A stretch of DNA of 52,796 bases, the filler included, from Stramenopiles sp. TOSAG23-3 (Eukaryota), in assembly GCA_900128585.1 (NCBI GenBank). It is 4 parts of 4 records of this genome, joined end to end, with 100 filler letters (N's around TTAATTAATTAA, not from the genome) between each part and the next. Parts side by side here need not be neighbours in the genome. Positions count along the whole stretch, not along the records: positions 1 to 24,269 come from LT642308.1; 3 more parts are not named here. One strand, given 5' to 3'. Shown here piece after piece: positions 10,452 through 20,354 of the stretch. Position 1 is the stretch's first letter, and each line of letters opens with the position of its first letter. A program made the position numbers and the translations under genes. The notes beneath the pieces are model-generated. The model was not told the origin of the DNA. It saw nothing but the letters and a program-made list of their open reading frames with translations, and did no database searches.

Positions 10452-11756
10452 TTACAAATACATTTCATCGACGAATTGCTTGTGAACTTCATAAATCCTT
10501 TTGTTTTTCGCCAAGTTTTCGCTGATCATGAACCACGTGCTATTGACAAAGGCGATGTCTGACGCTGCAGTACTGTCGTGCCACTTCTCTGCTGCGAAAG
10601 GTATGAAGCCCCCCGAATAAAAATGGGCAATTAGCAGCTCGCCGAGGACAAGACTGTTCCAGTTTAACCCCCATCGCTGCATTCCTTGTCTGTGGAGTTC
10701 GATATGGATTTGTTTTGTTCCTTTCAGTAATTTCTCTTCGTTTTTAAACACATCGGCAAAAAGAGGATACTCGAAGCCTTCTATGTTTACTTTTAGTGCA
10801 GTGAAATAAAAGGATTCCCCAAAGAAATTGTTTAACCCTTTGCAGAGATCTTCAAAACGAATAAACTTTGGCCTTAATGAAGGATGAACATGTGTAGTAT
10901 AGCGCCCGTCTTCTCCTGTCAGACACACCGGCAGCATCACTGTCGATGAATTCATAGCTTCATTAATAGACCACTTTTGTTCTTCAAATGTGGTGCAGTC
11001 CGGTGTTACAATGACTAAATTCGAGAATGTTTTTGTCAAGTATTCCTCGTACGAAAAGTCTCCTCCGCTCCCAGCGGACAACACGTATCTCCTTGTTGCT
11101 CCCTCGTTGGAGGCTTCTTCAAGGTAATCTGGGTTACACCATATTTTCGACCCCCCGACTTCCGGACCCAACCGTTTTTGGTGATGGCAAGATATAAACG
11201 GACGAAATTTACTCCAGAAGTTAGTTTCCGGTCCATACTCGACGTCGCGCGGGTTAGTAATCATCTGCTCTCCGATGGAAAACGTATTTTCAATCTGCTC
11301 AAAGAAATCTTCGTAAGCTTGAACAATTCGGCTAATAGCGATGAGATAGTTTTCTACATCGTTATCACGAATGCCTGCAGCCCCTAAAAGCCTGCCCGCC
11401 GAGTCTTTTACCTTTGACAATCCTCTCCAGAGAAGTTTTGCTATCGCATGCTTTGCTTTCCTCACGTTTGCGACATCCTTAAAAATTTCGTTTGGAAAGG
11501 TGTGGTGGAGCCAGTTTGTATGTACCCCATGCTCGTGGTCTACATTAAAAGTAGGAATGTTTGTCAGGTCAAAATCATCCTCCGTGAATTTTCGTCGCAC
11601 ATCCCTGGTCATATATTCCCCAGGAATAGACACGTTAGAAAACCATTTATCTAGAACCAGCGCTACCTTTTCGTACTCATAAGCTGGGGTCAACGCGAAA
11701 GTGGTTGATAAACCAGACACCGCCACCAGAACGAAAAGTAAAGACAACTTCTTCAT
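10452..11756 (-). CDS. Secretory-pathway methyltransferase-like protein (Methyltransf_22/METTL24-like)
   Basis: Signal peptide MKKLSLLFVLVAVSGLSTTFA. Motifs C...KRLG...GGSKIWC, VLSAGSGGDFSYE, LKVNIEGFEY and QIHIELH are typical of the family. ATG is at 11756. Confidence 0.8.
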   Translation of the reverse strand: MKKLSLLFVLVAVSGLSTTFALTPAYEYEKVALVLDKWFSNVSIPGEYMTRDVRRKFTEDDFDLTNIPTFNVDHEHGVHTNWLHHTFPNEIFKDVANVRKAKHAIAKLLWRGLSKVKDSAGRLLGAAGIRDNDVENYLIAISRIVQAYEDFFEQIENTFSIGEQMITNPRDVEYGPETNFWSKFRPFISCHHQKRLGPEVGGSKIWCNPDYLEEASNEGATRRYVLSAGSGGDFSYEEYLTKTFSNLVIVTPDCTTFEEQKWSINEAMNSSTVMLPVCLTGEDGRYTTHVHPSLRPKFIRFEDLCKGLNNFFGESFYFTALKVNIEGFEYPLFADVFKNEEKLLKGTKQIHIELHRQGMQRWGLNWNSLVLGELLIAHFYSGGFIPFAAEKWHDSTAASDIAFVNSTWFMISENLAKNKRIYEVHKQFVDEMYL

Positions 11757-11943
11757 CACAAGAAGTTTACAAATATATCACTTCAAGGACTTATGCATTC
11801 GTAAAAGACTATGAACCAGACGAACACCAACTATTTACAATTTCTCACGTTTTTTCTAAAAATTGTTGATTATTGAATTGAATGATTCATTTGATCACGT
11901 TTTTTTTTCTAAAAAAAAAAAATAATAAAATAATAAAATAATA

Positions 11944-11993
11944 ATAATGGTTTTCTCACGTCGTATTATAAACAAACGTGAGAAAACCATTAT
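11944..11993. promoter_or_regulatory. Perfect 18-bp inverted repeat with TCACGT cores in a divergent promoter region
   Basis: ATAATGGTTTTCTCACGT (11944-11961), a 14-nt spacer, then ACGTGAGAAAACCATTAT (11976-11993). A regulatory role is inferred. Confidence 0.55.
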
Positions 11994-12532
11994 ATAGGCA
12001 AATGAGTATTTGTATTATCTCTTAAGATGTATACGAAAGTGCATTTTTACGGGAAACACTTTGATATATTAGTAGTGTATGGTTTTATATATACGTAAAT
12101 AAGCATATATTATATAGGAAAATCTGTTCGAAAATAAAATCTCAAAAAAACAACAGGTAATAGCATCCAAACAAGACTAAGAAAAAAAGAAGAAAAACAA
12201 AACATCATCATTGAGTTTTCCTTTTTTTTCTGATGACTACGATAGTAGTCTGGACAGGTTTTTGCATACTCCTCACTAATAATAAATAATAATTTCAACT
12301 AAAAAAAAAAAATAAAAAATAAAATACGGTCACTATTATATAAAAAACCAAGTAGTATAATAATTCCACTTTATTATATATTATTATTGTTGAATTTAAA
12401 GACTCAAATTAATTTTTTTTATCTTTTCTTTTTACACTACGAGGTGGTGACTGTTTCACACCTGACGATTCAAAAACTTTCGTAGCGTTTTTTGTTGTAT
12501 CATAGAGCATAATCGGGCATGGGTTCTCTGCA

Positions 12533-13765
12533 ATGAGGAGGTTGGGGCGCTGTGCGGGTGCTGCAGCTAGATTTTCGACGAAACCGCTTCCACCATTTCT
12601 GGTGGAAAGGTGGGAGGGTTGGAACGCGGCTGGTTTGATGGGGAGTTTGTCCAGCAGCGAGTGCGAACCGTTGACGATGGAGAGCCTTTTATCCATAGCA
12701 GACGAGGACAACAAGGCACGGTGGTCATCTCTGTCTTTGGGGTATTCTCACCAAAAAGGGGACGAATTTTTGAGGCAAGATGTTGCCAACCATATAAACC
12801 GTAGCAACGATAGTGAAACGGTGCAAGTAACACCTGATGACGTGCTGGTGTGTACCCCATCTGAAGGCATTTTGCTTGCCATGCAGGCGTCTTTAACCCC
12901 TCAAGACCACGTAGTATGCGTTGACCCAGGTTACCAGTCACTGTATCAGATCGCGCAATCTATGGGGTGCGAGGTCAGTCCTTGGAAAGCGACGCTAGAC
13001 GGGCAATCTTACCGTTTTGATGTCGATGCTCTGAGGGGCATAATTCGTCCCGGAAAGACAAAGCTCTTGGTACTCCAGTTTCCACATAATCCTACTGGTG
13101 CTCTTATTACGCGCCTAGAATACCAAGAAATAGTGGAACTTTGCGAATCCGTGGAGTGCAAGATTTTCTCCGATGAAATGTATCGTGGGCTGGAGCACCG
13201 TGGAAAGAACGCGAGGCTCCCCTCCGCCGTTGTGACCTCTACGCGCAATGTTACTTTGGGCGGAGTTTCGAAGGTCTTCGCGCTTCCTGGGTTAAGGATC
13301 GGATGGATTGCCACCAAAGACACTGCGCTGATAAGTCGAATGGAAGAACTGAAAGACTATACCACAATATGCTCTTCGTCCCCCTCCGAGGTTCTTGCCT
13401 CGATGGGTCTCCGAGCCGAAAGCGAAATTGTAAAAGCAAATCGTTTGAAAGTAAAGCACAATTTGGATGCGTGCAGAGAGTTTTTTACAGGAGAGGGGGG
13501 CATTGGCAGGGATCTCTTTCATTGGTACGAGCCCGAGGGCGGAACGTTTTGCTATCCACGAATGCGGAAGAGCAGATGGGGTGGAATATCCGCCTCGGCG
13601 TATGCCCGGTCTATGTGCAGGGCAGGGGGCATTATGTTCCTGCCGTCATCTACGTTTTCTTGTAGGCACGACGACCGGTTGCGCATTACTTATGGAAAAG
13701 ATGAGACGTGCAAGTTGCTGAAAATGTGGAATTCCGAATTGCAGAAGGAACGGGAAGCGCGCTGA
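12533..13765 (+). CDS. PLP-dependent aminotransferase class I/II with a putative mitochondrial presequence
   Basis: FPHNPTG, SDEMYRGL and GVSKVFALPGLRIGW (PLP lysine) motifs. N-terminal MRRLGRCAGAAARFST precedes the conserved LPPFLVERW start. Confidence 0.92.
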   Translation: MRRLGRCAGAAARFSTKPLPPFLVERWEGWNAAGLMGSLSSSECEPLTMESLLSIADEDNKARWSSLSLGYSHQKGDEFLRQDVANHINRSNDSETVQVTPDDVLVCTPSEGILLAMQASLTPQDHVVCVDPGYQSLYQIAQSMGCEVSPWKATLDGQSYRFDVDALRGIIRPGKTKLLVLQFPHNPTGALITRLEYQEIVELCESVECKIFSDEMYRGLEHRGKNARLPSAVVTSTRNVTLGGVSKVFALPGLRIGWIATKDTALISRMEELKDYTTICSSSPSEVLASMGLRAESEIVKANRLKVKHNLDACREFFTGEGGIGRDLFHWYEPEGGTFCYPRMRKSRWGGISASAYARSMCRAGGIMFLPSSTFSCRHDDRLRITYGKDETCKLLKMWNSELQKEREAR

Positions 13766-13927
13766 CTTCTGAGATAACGAAATTAAACGGGGGGGGGGGG
13801 GGGGGGGGTAAATGTATTTTTTTGTTTAAAAAAAGAAAAAATGAAAACCTGAATGGTTTAACATCAACTAATTCACCTTACATGGTTTAACATTTATCAT
13901 ATGATACACAATTAATTATTTTTTTTT

Positions 13928-14110
13928 AAAACAAGAAAATTGGCTGTTATTTAAGTATTAAATATGCTTTTTAAATAATTTTTTTAAAGATAAATAACAG
14001 CCAATTTTTTTCTTGTTTTTAGATAATAAACTGAATAACAGCCAATTTTCTTGTTTTTAATAAACTGAATTCAGTTTTTTCTTAAATAGCAGCCAATTTT
14101 TCTTGTTTTT
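13928..14110. repeat. Cluster of four motif A copies (13928-13957 on +; 13991-14020, 14034-14058 and 14081-14110 on -)
   Basis: One AAAACAAGAAAATTGGCTGTTATTTAAGTA followed by three AATA(A/G)CAGCCAATTTT(T)CTTGTTTT copies. Confidence 0.9.
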
Positions 14111-14206
14111 TAAAGTTTACCAGTTGAGAACTAGAAACTTCAAAATTTTGATCATTCTGATCCTTTCTGTGTTTTTTACTCCATTTTTATAAACGGGCGA
14201 GAAGCT

Positions 14207-15709
14207 TTAAACGTCGTACCTATGCGCTAAGCCTTTAAAATCAAGAACATCACTGATCGACACCTCTGGGTTCTCAAGCAAAGGCATCGGCGTCTTCAGA
14301 TAGGCCTTTCCGGTCGTCTCAAACCACTTATTGCCGTGAGTTTTTTGGTACATTGCCCACACACGATCAGCGTTACCATGCAGGTGTTGAAAGATCGGGT
14401 CGTTAGCTGCGGTGGGCTGTGCCAAAGTTCCGCCTATCCACGTGTGGACGCTTCCATGAACGTCCAGGGAAGCGCCAACTCTCTCCCAACCAGCGGCATA
14501 GAAATCGTCTGGGTTGATACCTTCGGCGCATGAATGCCAATATTGGCCTGGTTTGGCGCTTTTGTAGGATGGAGCCACCTGGTGAGGGTTCGTTTCGTCT
14601 TCCTTCCGAAAAACTTCCTCTCCGTCTTCTGGTAGAAACTTGTTCAGTTTCACGCATTTCTTCCATGAAATTGGCTTTGGCGCGAAGTGCTTACACTTTA
14701 AGCGCATATTTTTTGATGGTTTTGAATAGTACCGAAAACAATCTGGGTTTTCCCACCCACAGTTCTTGTTAGTATCGGCAACGTCAAAATCAGTTTCCAC
14801 TGTTGGTGGATGAGGCTGTCCATTCTTATCATTGTCTGGGGCCTCCATCCTCGGAAACTTCATAAACGGGCCAAATAACTTTTTTTTGGAATCGGCGTCT
14901 TTCGGAAAATGTTGGGAATGCAAATTCCAGCTCACGCAGTTTACGCTTCCTTCGTCGGCGTCCTTTTCGCTACAAACGTTTGGGTCGCCGATGTCCAGGC
15001 ACCCCAGAACACCGTGTCCTATCGCTCGTTGAAGGTAACCTACCGGAGGTCCTGTTTCCTGTTCCGGAGTTAACTTGAATTTGCCTGCCTTACTACCCAA
15101 CGGACCGTCTTCAACAATATGCTTATTGGCCGGGTTACCATCTGTGCCAAGATATTCCACATCCATCATCGCTTTCACACTTTCCTCGTCGTCCCAGTCC
15201 ATGTACGGTACAAGGAGTTTAGGGTTTTCTGAACATCTCTGGATTTCTTTGTGAAAGCGATTTTGCATTTCTCTGTGCCACGGAAAGGCGTAAAAACCAC
15301 TTCCATGAATTTGCTCTTTGGCAACCGCGGCCTTGCTGTGAATGTATGGAAAATAGTCGTAGGCATTGGGGACATCTTCGGGTGCGTACTGGGATTTGCA
15401 GTTTTTCATGCTGATCAGTCCCCTGATGACCTCCGCTTTTTCCTCTTTAGAAAGGCATTTAACGTCTCGCACAGTGCGCGGGTCAGTAGGGTAGCACGGG
15501 TTCGAGTAAGGGGCAACTGGCTGCACGGTAGTTGCATAAATAAGTGAAACCATGCCAATGAAACAGACTATGCCAATAAGTGCGCGCGTGTCAGAGCGCT
15601 TATTTTCTTCTTCATTGTCGCCAACGAGGAGATTTTGCCTCCCATTCTCCATCATTCCGAGTTCGTAGCTTGGGTTTATAAAACTCTCTTTTCCCGTGCG
15701 CGTTGTCAT
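14207..15709 (-). CDS. Tyrosinase (type-3 di-copper protein) with an N-terminal membrane anchor
   Basis: CuA: YIH..QIH..FPWHREM. CuB: DVHGSVHTWIGG..AANDPIFQHLHGNADRVW. One TM segment (ALIGIVCFIGMVSLIYA) after a short N-terminal tail. Confidence 0.93.
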   Translation of the reverse strand: MTTRTGKESFINPSYELGMMENGRQNLLVGDNEEENKRSDTRALIGIVCFIGMVSLIYATTVQPVAPYSNPCYPTDPRTVRDVKCLSKEEKAEVIRGLISMKNCKSQYAPEDVPNAYDYFPYIHSKAAVAKEQIHGSGFYAFPWHREMQNRFHKEIQRCSENPKLLVPYMDWDDEESVKAMMDVEYLGTDGNPANKHIVEDGPLGSKAGKFKLTPEQETGPPVGYLQRAIGHGVLGCLDIGDPNVCSEKDADEGSVNCVSWNLHSQHFPKDADSKKKLFGPFMKFPRMEAPDNDKNGQPHPPTVETDFDVADTNKNCGWENPDCFRYYSKPSKNMRLKCKHFAPKPISWKKCVKLNKFLPEDGEEVFRKEDETNPHQVAPSYKSAKPGQYWHSCAEGINPDDFYAAGWERVGASLDVHGSVHTWIGGTLAQPTAANDPIFQHLHGNADRVWAMYQKTHGNKWFETTGKAYLKTPMPLLENPEVSISDVLDFKGLAHRYDV

Positions 15710-16949
15710 TGTGAGTCGTTTGTCCGTGCTGACCTTTTGTGCCTTGTTACCTCTCTGGCTGTAGTGCGTTTTCCTGCTGGAGTTTTTTAAAAAGTTGTGT
15801 TATATATATATATCGAATGCTTCGGTATTTTTTGTATGTTTGGTGTTGTTGGTGTGTATGTATTTCCTTTTCTTTCTTTCTTTCTTGTTTCCTAACGACG
15901 GGGATGTGTTTGTATAGCTAAGAATACGTTCGTGTGCGTTGGAAAGATATTATATTTAACTCTCTCTCCTCGTACTTCTTGCTCCTCTATCTATATTATT
16001 TAATTTACAATAAATAATAAAAATTATCAATATCTCTCTCCTCGTTTCGTATACATCTACGTACCAGGCACCTCCCACCGAAAAACTTAGAGAAGTCAGT
16101 TCATTCAATTTTATTTATTCTTCTTTTCTATACCACTTCTGGTACCAGCTGTAATATATTTAATACCAGAGTACCAACCAATCTTCCCAGGAGGAAAAAG
16201 AAGAAACAAACAAACTGGAAAAAATAAAAAAGCAAATGCTTGCTCTGTCTATATTAGAACTTATAGATTCGTAGAAAATCCAATTATTTATAATAATTAA
16301 GGATATGTATATAATCTAATATATAAATAAAATGAAGAAGATTAATTTGTATGATATCTTTATATTGAATATGATTTTTAATACTTATTACTTACTTTAT
16401 TATTTCCTTCCTTAGTTATCGTCATTGTTTCAGCTTTTTTATTATTTCCCGGGCCTCTTTGAGACTCTACCTCCTCGTAGTTCGTAGTAGATGGCTTCTT
16501 TCTTCTCTGCTGATCTGCTAGTCGTTCTAATATGACATTTTAAAAAATAGTATTAATATTTATACTCCATTGTATACAAGTGAAATGTGAAGAACGACTT
16601 CAACATTTTTTGTGACACGAACGAGTTTTCTGCTGTGTCCTTTTGTTATGGCAAAATACAACCATACCCTTCTTCACCCACAATCGTACGCGGTAGTAAA
16701 TAGTATAGTAGTATTATTATAATAAAAATAATAAATACGAAAAAAAAAAATCATCTTCTTCTTTCTTCTGTGTGTATACCAAGAGTAGTAATCCAATAAA
16801 CAGATACGTCACATCTCAGTTCGTTTGTAACAATAACAGACACACTTTCAAACCTGTAAAATATGTGCAACGAATACAACTTATGTTGCCCAAACTTTTC
16901 ATCAACACCAAAAGATTATCGCGTCTATTAAAACGCAGCACGCAAAGAA

Positions 16950-18023
16950 ATGAAAGGTTTGCCCCTTTATGCTTTTGTGTTATTGGCAATCAGCGTCAGG
17001 GCCTGCCAAGCGACTCGTGCCACGCGGTATTACGAAACACGGAAACCTGGCAACTCAGGGTGTATAAAAAAATGTACACAACTTTGCGAAGGGCATATGT
17101 CCGAATGTGGGGGAAAATGTCTAACAGCTTGTGTTAAAAACAGGATCAATGCGTTCAATGATGGAAGGCAACCTACGCCTCAACCTAGGCAGCAGCAACC
17201 AAGGCAATTGGGTGAGCGATCGGTCGTCGGTGGTTATTATGATCCGTTTGGTGGGGACGTGGACATTTCTGGTGTCTTCAGGCAACTCGGGCATAGAGTG
17301 CAGGACGATGATGAAACTGTAGGTGCTGCAATGTTAGCCGCACCGGCAACATCATTTGCGCCAGAACGTCAGCAAAAGCCCACACCGTCCACTACTGAAA
17401 AAACGGGGCCCAGCCAAAAACCAAAATCGAAGATCCACATAGTTGTGGGGGGCTTGGCCCTTGTTGGGTTAGTCGCTAGTGTCGCAGTTGCTCATAAACG
17501 TAGAAACACATCATTATCAAACGTAGCAGTTGAAGGTATTGAGAATTCGTTCATAAGTCTCGAAGAGGACGAGTTTGAGAAAGTACTGGAGAGTTTCAGA
17601 GTGGATGAGGAAGAAACCGGAGGGGGCGTTGATGTGTCCATTGAAGATTTTCGTCCACCGTGTTTGGACCCATCGAATTACGACCCTGAATGGTCCTGCT
17701 CTATCACATACAACCAAACCGCTTACTTCAAAGTAATCGGTAATTACATGATTGATGACGGCGACATTGTAGGCGTTACTGTTTACCAGAGCGGGAGGTT
17801 GTCGGCGCTGTCGGACTTCTCAAACGCGAAACTTTTGACCGAAGACGACCCTACTTTCAATAACATTTTAGAAATTATTGAAGAGCAAATCAGGGGTAAA
17901 ATTTTATGTTTGCAATTCAAAGAGGGTTCCCGAGACATCGCTGTATCAGATGCCGATACAATTGGAGAGGACGATACTGCTGTGATTGCCCCTGGCACAT
18001 GGTACGACATCAGCATGCCATAA
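16950..18023 (+). CDS. Unknown type-I membrane protein (signal peptide, small Cys-rich domain, TM, acidic globular tail)
   Basis: Signal peptide MKGLPLYAFVLLAISVRA; CIKKCTQLC..CGGKCLTAC; TM IVVGGLALVGLVASVAVA followed by HKRR. Confidence 0.8.
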   Translation: MKGLPLYAFVLLAISVRACQATRATRYYETRKPGNSGCIKKCTQLCEGHMSECGGKCLTACVKNRINAFNDGRQPTPQPRQQQPRQLGERSVVGGYYDPFGGDVDISGVFRQLGHRVQDDDETVGAAMLAAPATSFAPERQQKPTPSTTEKTGPSQKPKSKIHIVVGGLALVGLVASVAVAHKRRNTSLSNVAVEGIENSFISLEEDEFEKVLESFRVDEEETGGGVDVSIEDFRPPCLDPSNYDPEWSCSITYNQTAYFKVIGNYMIDDGDIVGVTVYQSGRLSALSDFSNAKLLTEDDPTFNNILEIIEEQIRGKILCLQFKEGSRDIAVSDADTIGEDDTAVIAPGTWYDISMP

Positions 18024-18195
18024 GAAACCTTATTTGGTAAAAATATTATACTGCTACTATCATAGTACCCGTATATATTTTGGTTTTTTCATAGTACCCG
18101 TATATATATCATATGAACATTTAAATGATATCATCTCACTTTTATATTTTAACAACGACTCTCGTGGGTCTACACCATACACCCTCCTCTCGTCT

Positions 18196-20010
18196 TTATC
18201 GTCTTCGGGATCCCGAGCTTGGTCTCCGGTTAGGGCTACTGGGTCGGGCACTGCCGGCTCTTCTAAATATCTCACACCACAACTGTTCGATGCGCTGTTC
18301 AACTGCAACAAACGGGGAAGAATTGATGTACAAAGCAATAGCAACAAATGCTTCGGTGAACTCTCGAAAATCCATCAGCTCGTCGTCGTCATCTTCTTCC
18401 AGCCCAGTCGCCGTTTCAGCGTCGTCGTCCAGGACATCAATGGAGCTGGATCGTTGAACATGATTGAATATTGTTCGCAGGACGGACTGGGTTATTTGTG
18501 CAGTGCCACTGCGACTTTTATTTATTAAGCCTTTGTCCGTCAAATACCCCTTGAAGTCTTTCATCGTCATAGCGTTTCGATTTTTTGTCCTCTTCGTGTA
18601 CCGGCGAAATTCCCTTTTCATGCGACCCATGTATTTTCGAATTACTCTGATTACAGGGCTTTCCTTCAAGATTGCCCTAAAACGGTCAATGTCGGATTTC
18701 TTTGCTCGGATCAAAATGAACTCCACGTACTTTTCTACGCTTTTAAAGAGGCTTGCATTTGAAAAATACTTTGAGGCTACAATAATTAGAGCCACCATGT
18801 ACTGGTTCACGCCAATTGTTTTGTCTGAATTTGTGCAAACTTTGTCAAAAGCCACACCATAGTCGGACGTTCGATACCCACTGCTCACGGAGCCGTCTGA
18901 AATCGTATCTCGTACTAACGAAATGAACTGCGTTTTTTGCAATGTCGTCCCCGACCCGTTTCTTCCCATGGCCGCGTACGCTCTATAAACATGATATAGG
19001 GCCGCTCCGTTTTCCTTTATGTGATCGTTTATTTCTTCGATTTCGCTAAGTTCTGTCCCTTTTAGCGAAGGCGGTATTTTATTGGGGTCTATCAGCAATG
19101 CCGTTTCGTGTGACCTTTCGTCGTTTGCCGCCGCTGCGGTTTCCAACCCCCTCGCCCTTCGCCCCAATTCATTCATGACTTGGCCTAGGATAGCACTTCT
19201 GCTCTCCTCGTACATGCTGTGGCCTTGAACCAACTCGTTTGTCCATTGTTGCATTGATTCTTCGATCTCTTCCATTTCAGACACCGCCGATGTGATATCT
19301 CGAGCTTCTCCGTCCGAGTGCAGTTGAACCGCTTCCCAAAACGAGTGGTTTCTTTTTAAAGCTACGTTTAACGTTTCTATCTTTCCCTGCGTTCTGTTCA
19401 TGCTCGGGTACGTACAGTAGAGAAATCCAAGATATGAAAACATGGTATCTGGGTCTAACGTTCGCAGATGGTCGAGCGTCCACAGCATTTCAGGAGCCCC
19501 AAGGCCTGCGTTAGACGCTTTGAAAACCAAGCTTAGCAATTTTGTGTAACTGAGTTGGTTCTTTATGCTTGAAGCATATACGTGTTTCTTTCTATCCGTC
19601 CAAGACCTCTCTCTCAAGTCAATCAATGTGTTTGCTACTTTGCCGTGGCCTGTGTTTAGTAACGCGACCCTTCCTAAACCGGTACAAGGAATTCGCGATT
19701 TGGAAGATGGTAAATGATTTAGTATCTCACTGATTGCCTTCGACAAGACTTGTCCATCTGCAAGTACTTCGAACGATGACGTGTTCTCAGCATCGTATTT
19801 CAAGTGAACCTCTCCTGATTTCGGTTCGGACAAAAATTTTAGCCACGCCAAAAGAACCTGTTGGGCCGCTTTTTGTTTGGATCGTTCCACAATATTATCC
19901 TCTATATCGGTGGTATCAACGACCGCATCCTCGTGTTCTTCCACCCCCACGTCGAGACTTCCAGCGCCGTTGTTTTCGTTTGTAACCGCCTTTTTGTCGC
20001 CTTCCACCGG
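18196..20010 (-). CDS. Calponin-homology-like plus EF-hand-like protein; 5'-truncated
   Basis: LLAWL..LADGQVL..LGAPEML..MFSYLGFLY resembles a CH domain, and EF-like helical motifs lie near the C-terminus (MTMKDF, MDFREFTEA). There is no ATG before the CH-like domain; an in-frame TAG lies at 20029-20031. The 5' boundary is approximate. Confidence 0.75.
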   Translation of the reverse strand, partial: PVEGDKKAVTNENNGAGSLDVGVEEHEDAVVDTTDIEDNIVERSKQKAAQQVLLAWLKFLSEPKSGEVHLKYDAENTSSFEVLADGQVLSKAISEILNHLPSSKSRIPCTGLGRVALLNTGHGKVANTLIDLRERSWTDRKKHVYASSIKNQLSYTKLLSLVFKASNAGLGAPEMLWTLDHLRTLDPDTMFSYLGFLYCTYPSMNRTQGKIETLNVALKRNHSFWEAVQLHSDGEARDITSAVSEMEEIEESMQQWTNELVQGHSMYEESRSAILGQVMNELGRRARGLETAAAANDERSHETALLIDPNKIPPSLKGTELSEIEEINDHIKENGAALYHVYRAYAAMGRNGSGTTLQKTQFISLVRDTISDGSVSSGYRTSDYGVAFDKVCTNSDKTIGVNQYMVALIIVASKYFSNASLFKSVEKYVEFILIRAKKSDIDRFRAILKESPVIRVIRKYMGRMKREFRRYTKRTKNRNAMTMKDFKGYLTDKGLINKSRSGTAQITQSVLRTIFNHVQRSSSIDVLDDDAETATGLEEDDDDELMDFREFTEAFVAIALYINSSPFVAVEQRIEQLWCEIFRRAGSARPSSPNRRPSSGSRRR

Positions 20011-20057
20011 TAACCGCAGCAAATGTATCTAAATCATCGCCGAAACAAAAGGAAAAA

Positions 20058-20354
20058 ATGTCTATTGAACAATTCAGAAACCAATCCGATCAGCTCGCAA
20101 TGTTAGCATTGAAGAAACAATTAATCACGGCAAGTAATATAAATAGAAAGCATGGAGAGACCATTAAAATTCAACAGAAGAAGATTGAAGAATTGCAGCG
20201 AAATCTTATGATTGAAAGGCAGCAGAACCACGAGCTGGCGGAAATGCTGAATAACAAAGCCGAAACGGACGCATTGGCGGACCAATATCTACAAGAATTG
20301 CTTCTTGGCCGGTATCAAAATTCGGTAGCGTCTTTCCGCTTCCGCAGGGATTGA
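20058..20354 (+). CDS. Short coiled-coil protein, possibly a 3' fragment of a longer gene
   Basis: Q/E/K/L heptad pattern. The frame stays open upstream of the ATG (VTAANVSKSSPKQKEK) into the neighbouring minus-strand gene. Confidence 0.6.
   Translation: MSIEQFRNQSDQLAMLALKKQLITASNINRKHGETIKIQQKKIEELQRNLMIERQQNHELAEMLNNKAETDALADQYLQELLLGRYQNSVASFRFRRD

Noticed and set aside
13789-13808. Run of 20 G just after the aminotransferase stop codon (possible G-quadruplex)
   Set aside because: Single homopolymer of unreliable length that may be a sequencing artefact; nothing else supports a function.
13928-14110. Repeat cluster resembling a CRISPR array
   Set aside because: Mixed orientations, irregular AT-rich spacing, eukaryotic context and no cas genes.
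10452-15709. Methyltransferase, aminotransferase and tyrosinase as a biosynthetic gene cluster
   Set aside because: Predicted compartments differ (secretory, mitochondrial, membrane-anchored) and there is no scaffold-forming enzyme. Adjacency is unremarkable in a gene-dense genome.
18061-18107. 18-bp direct repeat CATAGTACCCGTATATAT in a convergent spacer
   Set aside because: Local duplication seen only once and unrelated to motifs A and B.
20312-20347. Possible small intron extending the 20058 ORF
   Set aside because: GT at 20312 to AG at 20347 is 36 nt and in frame, so the same stop codon is reached. No donor of the phase needed for the alternative frame was found.
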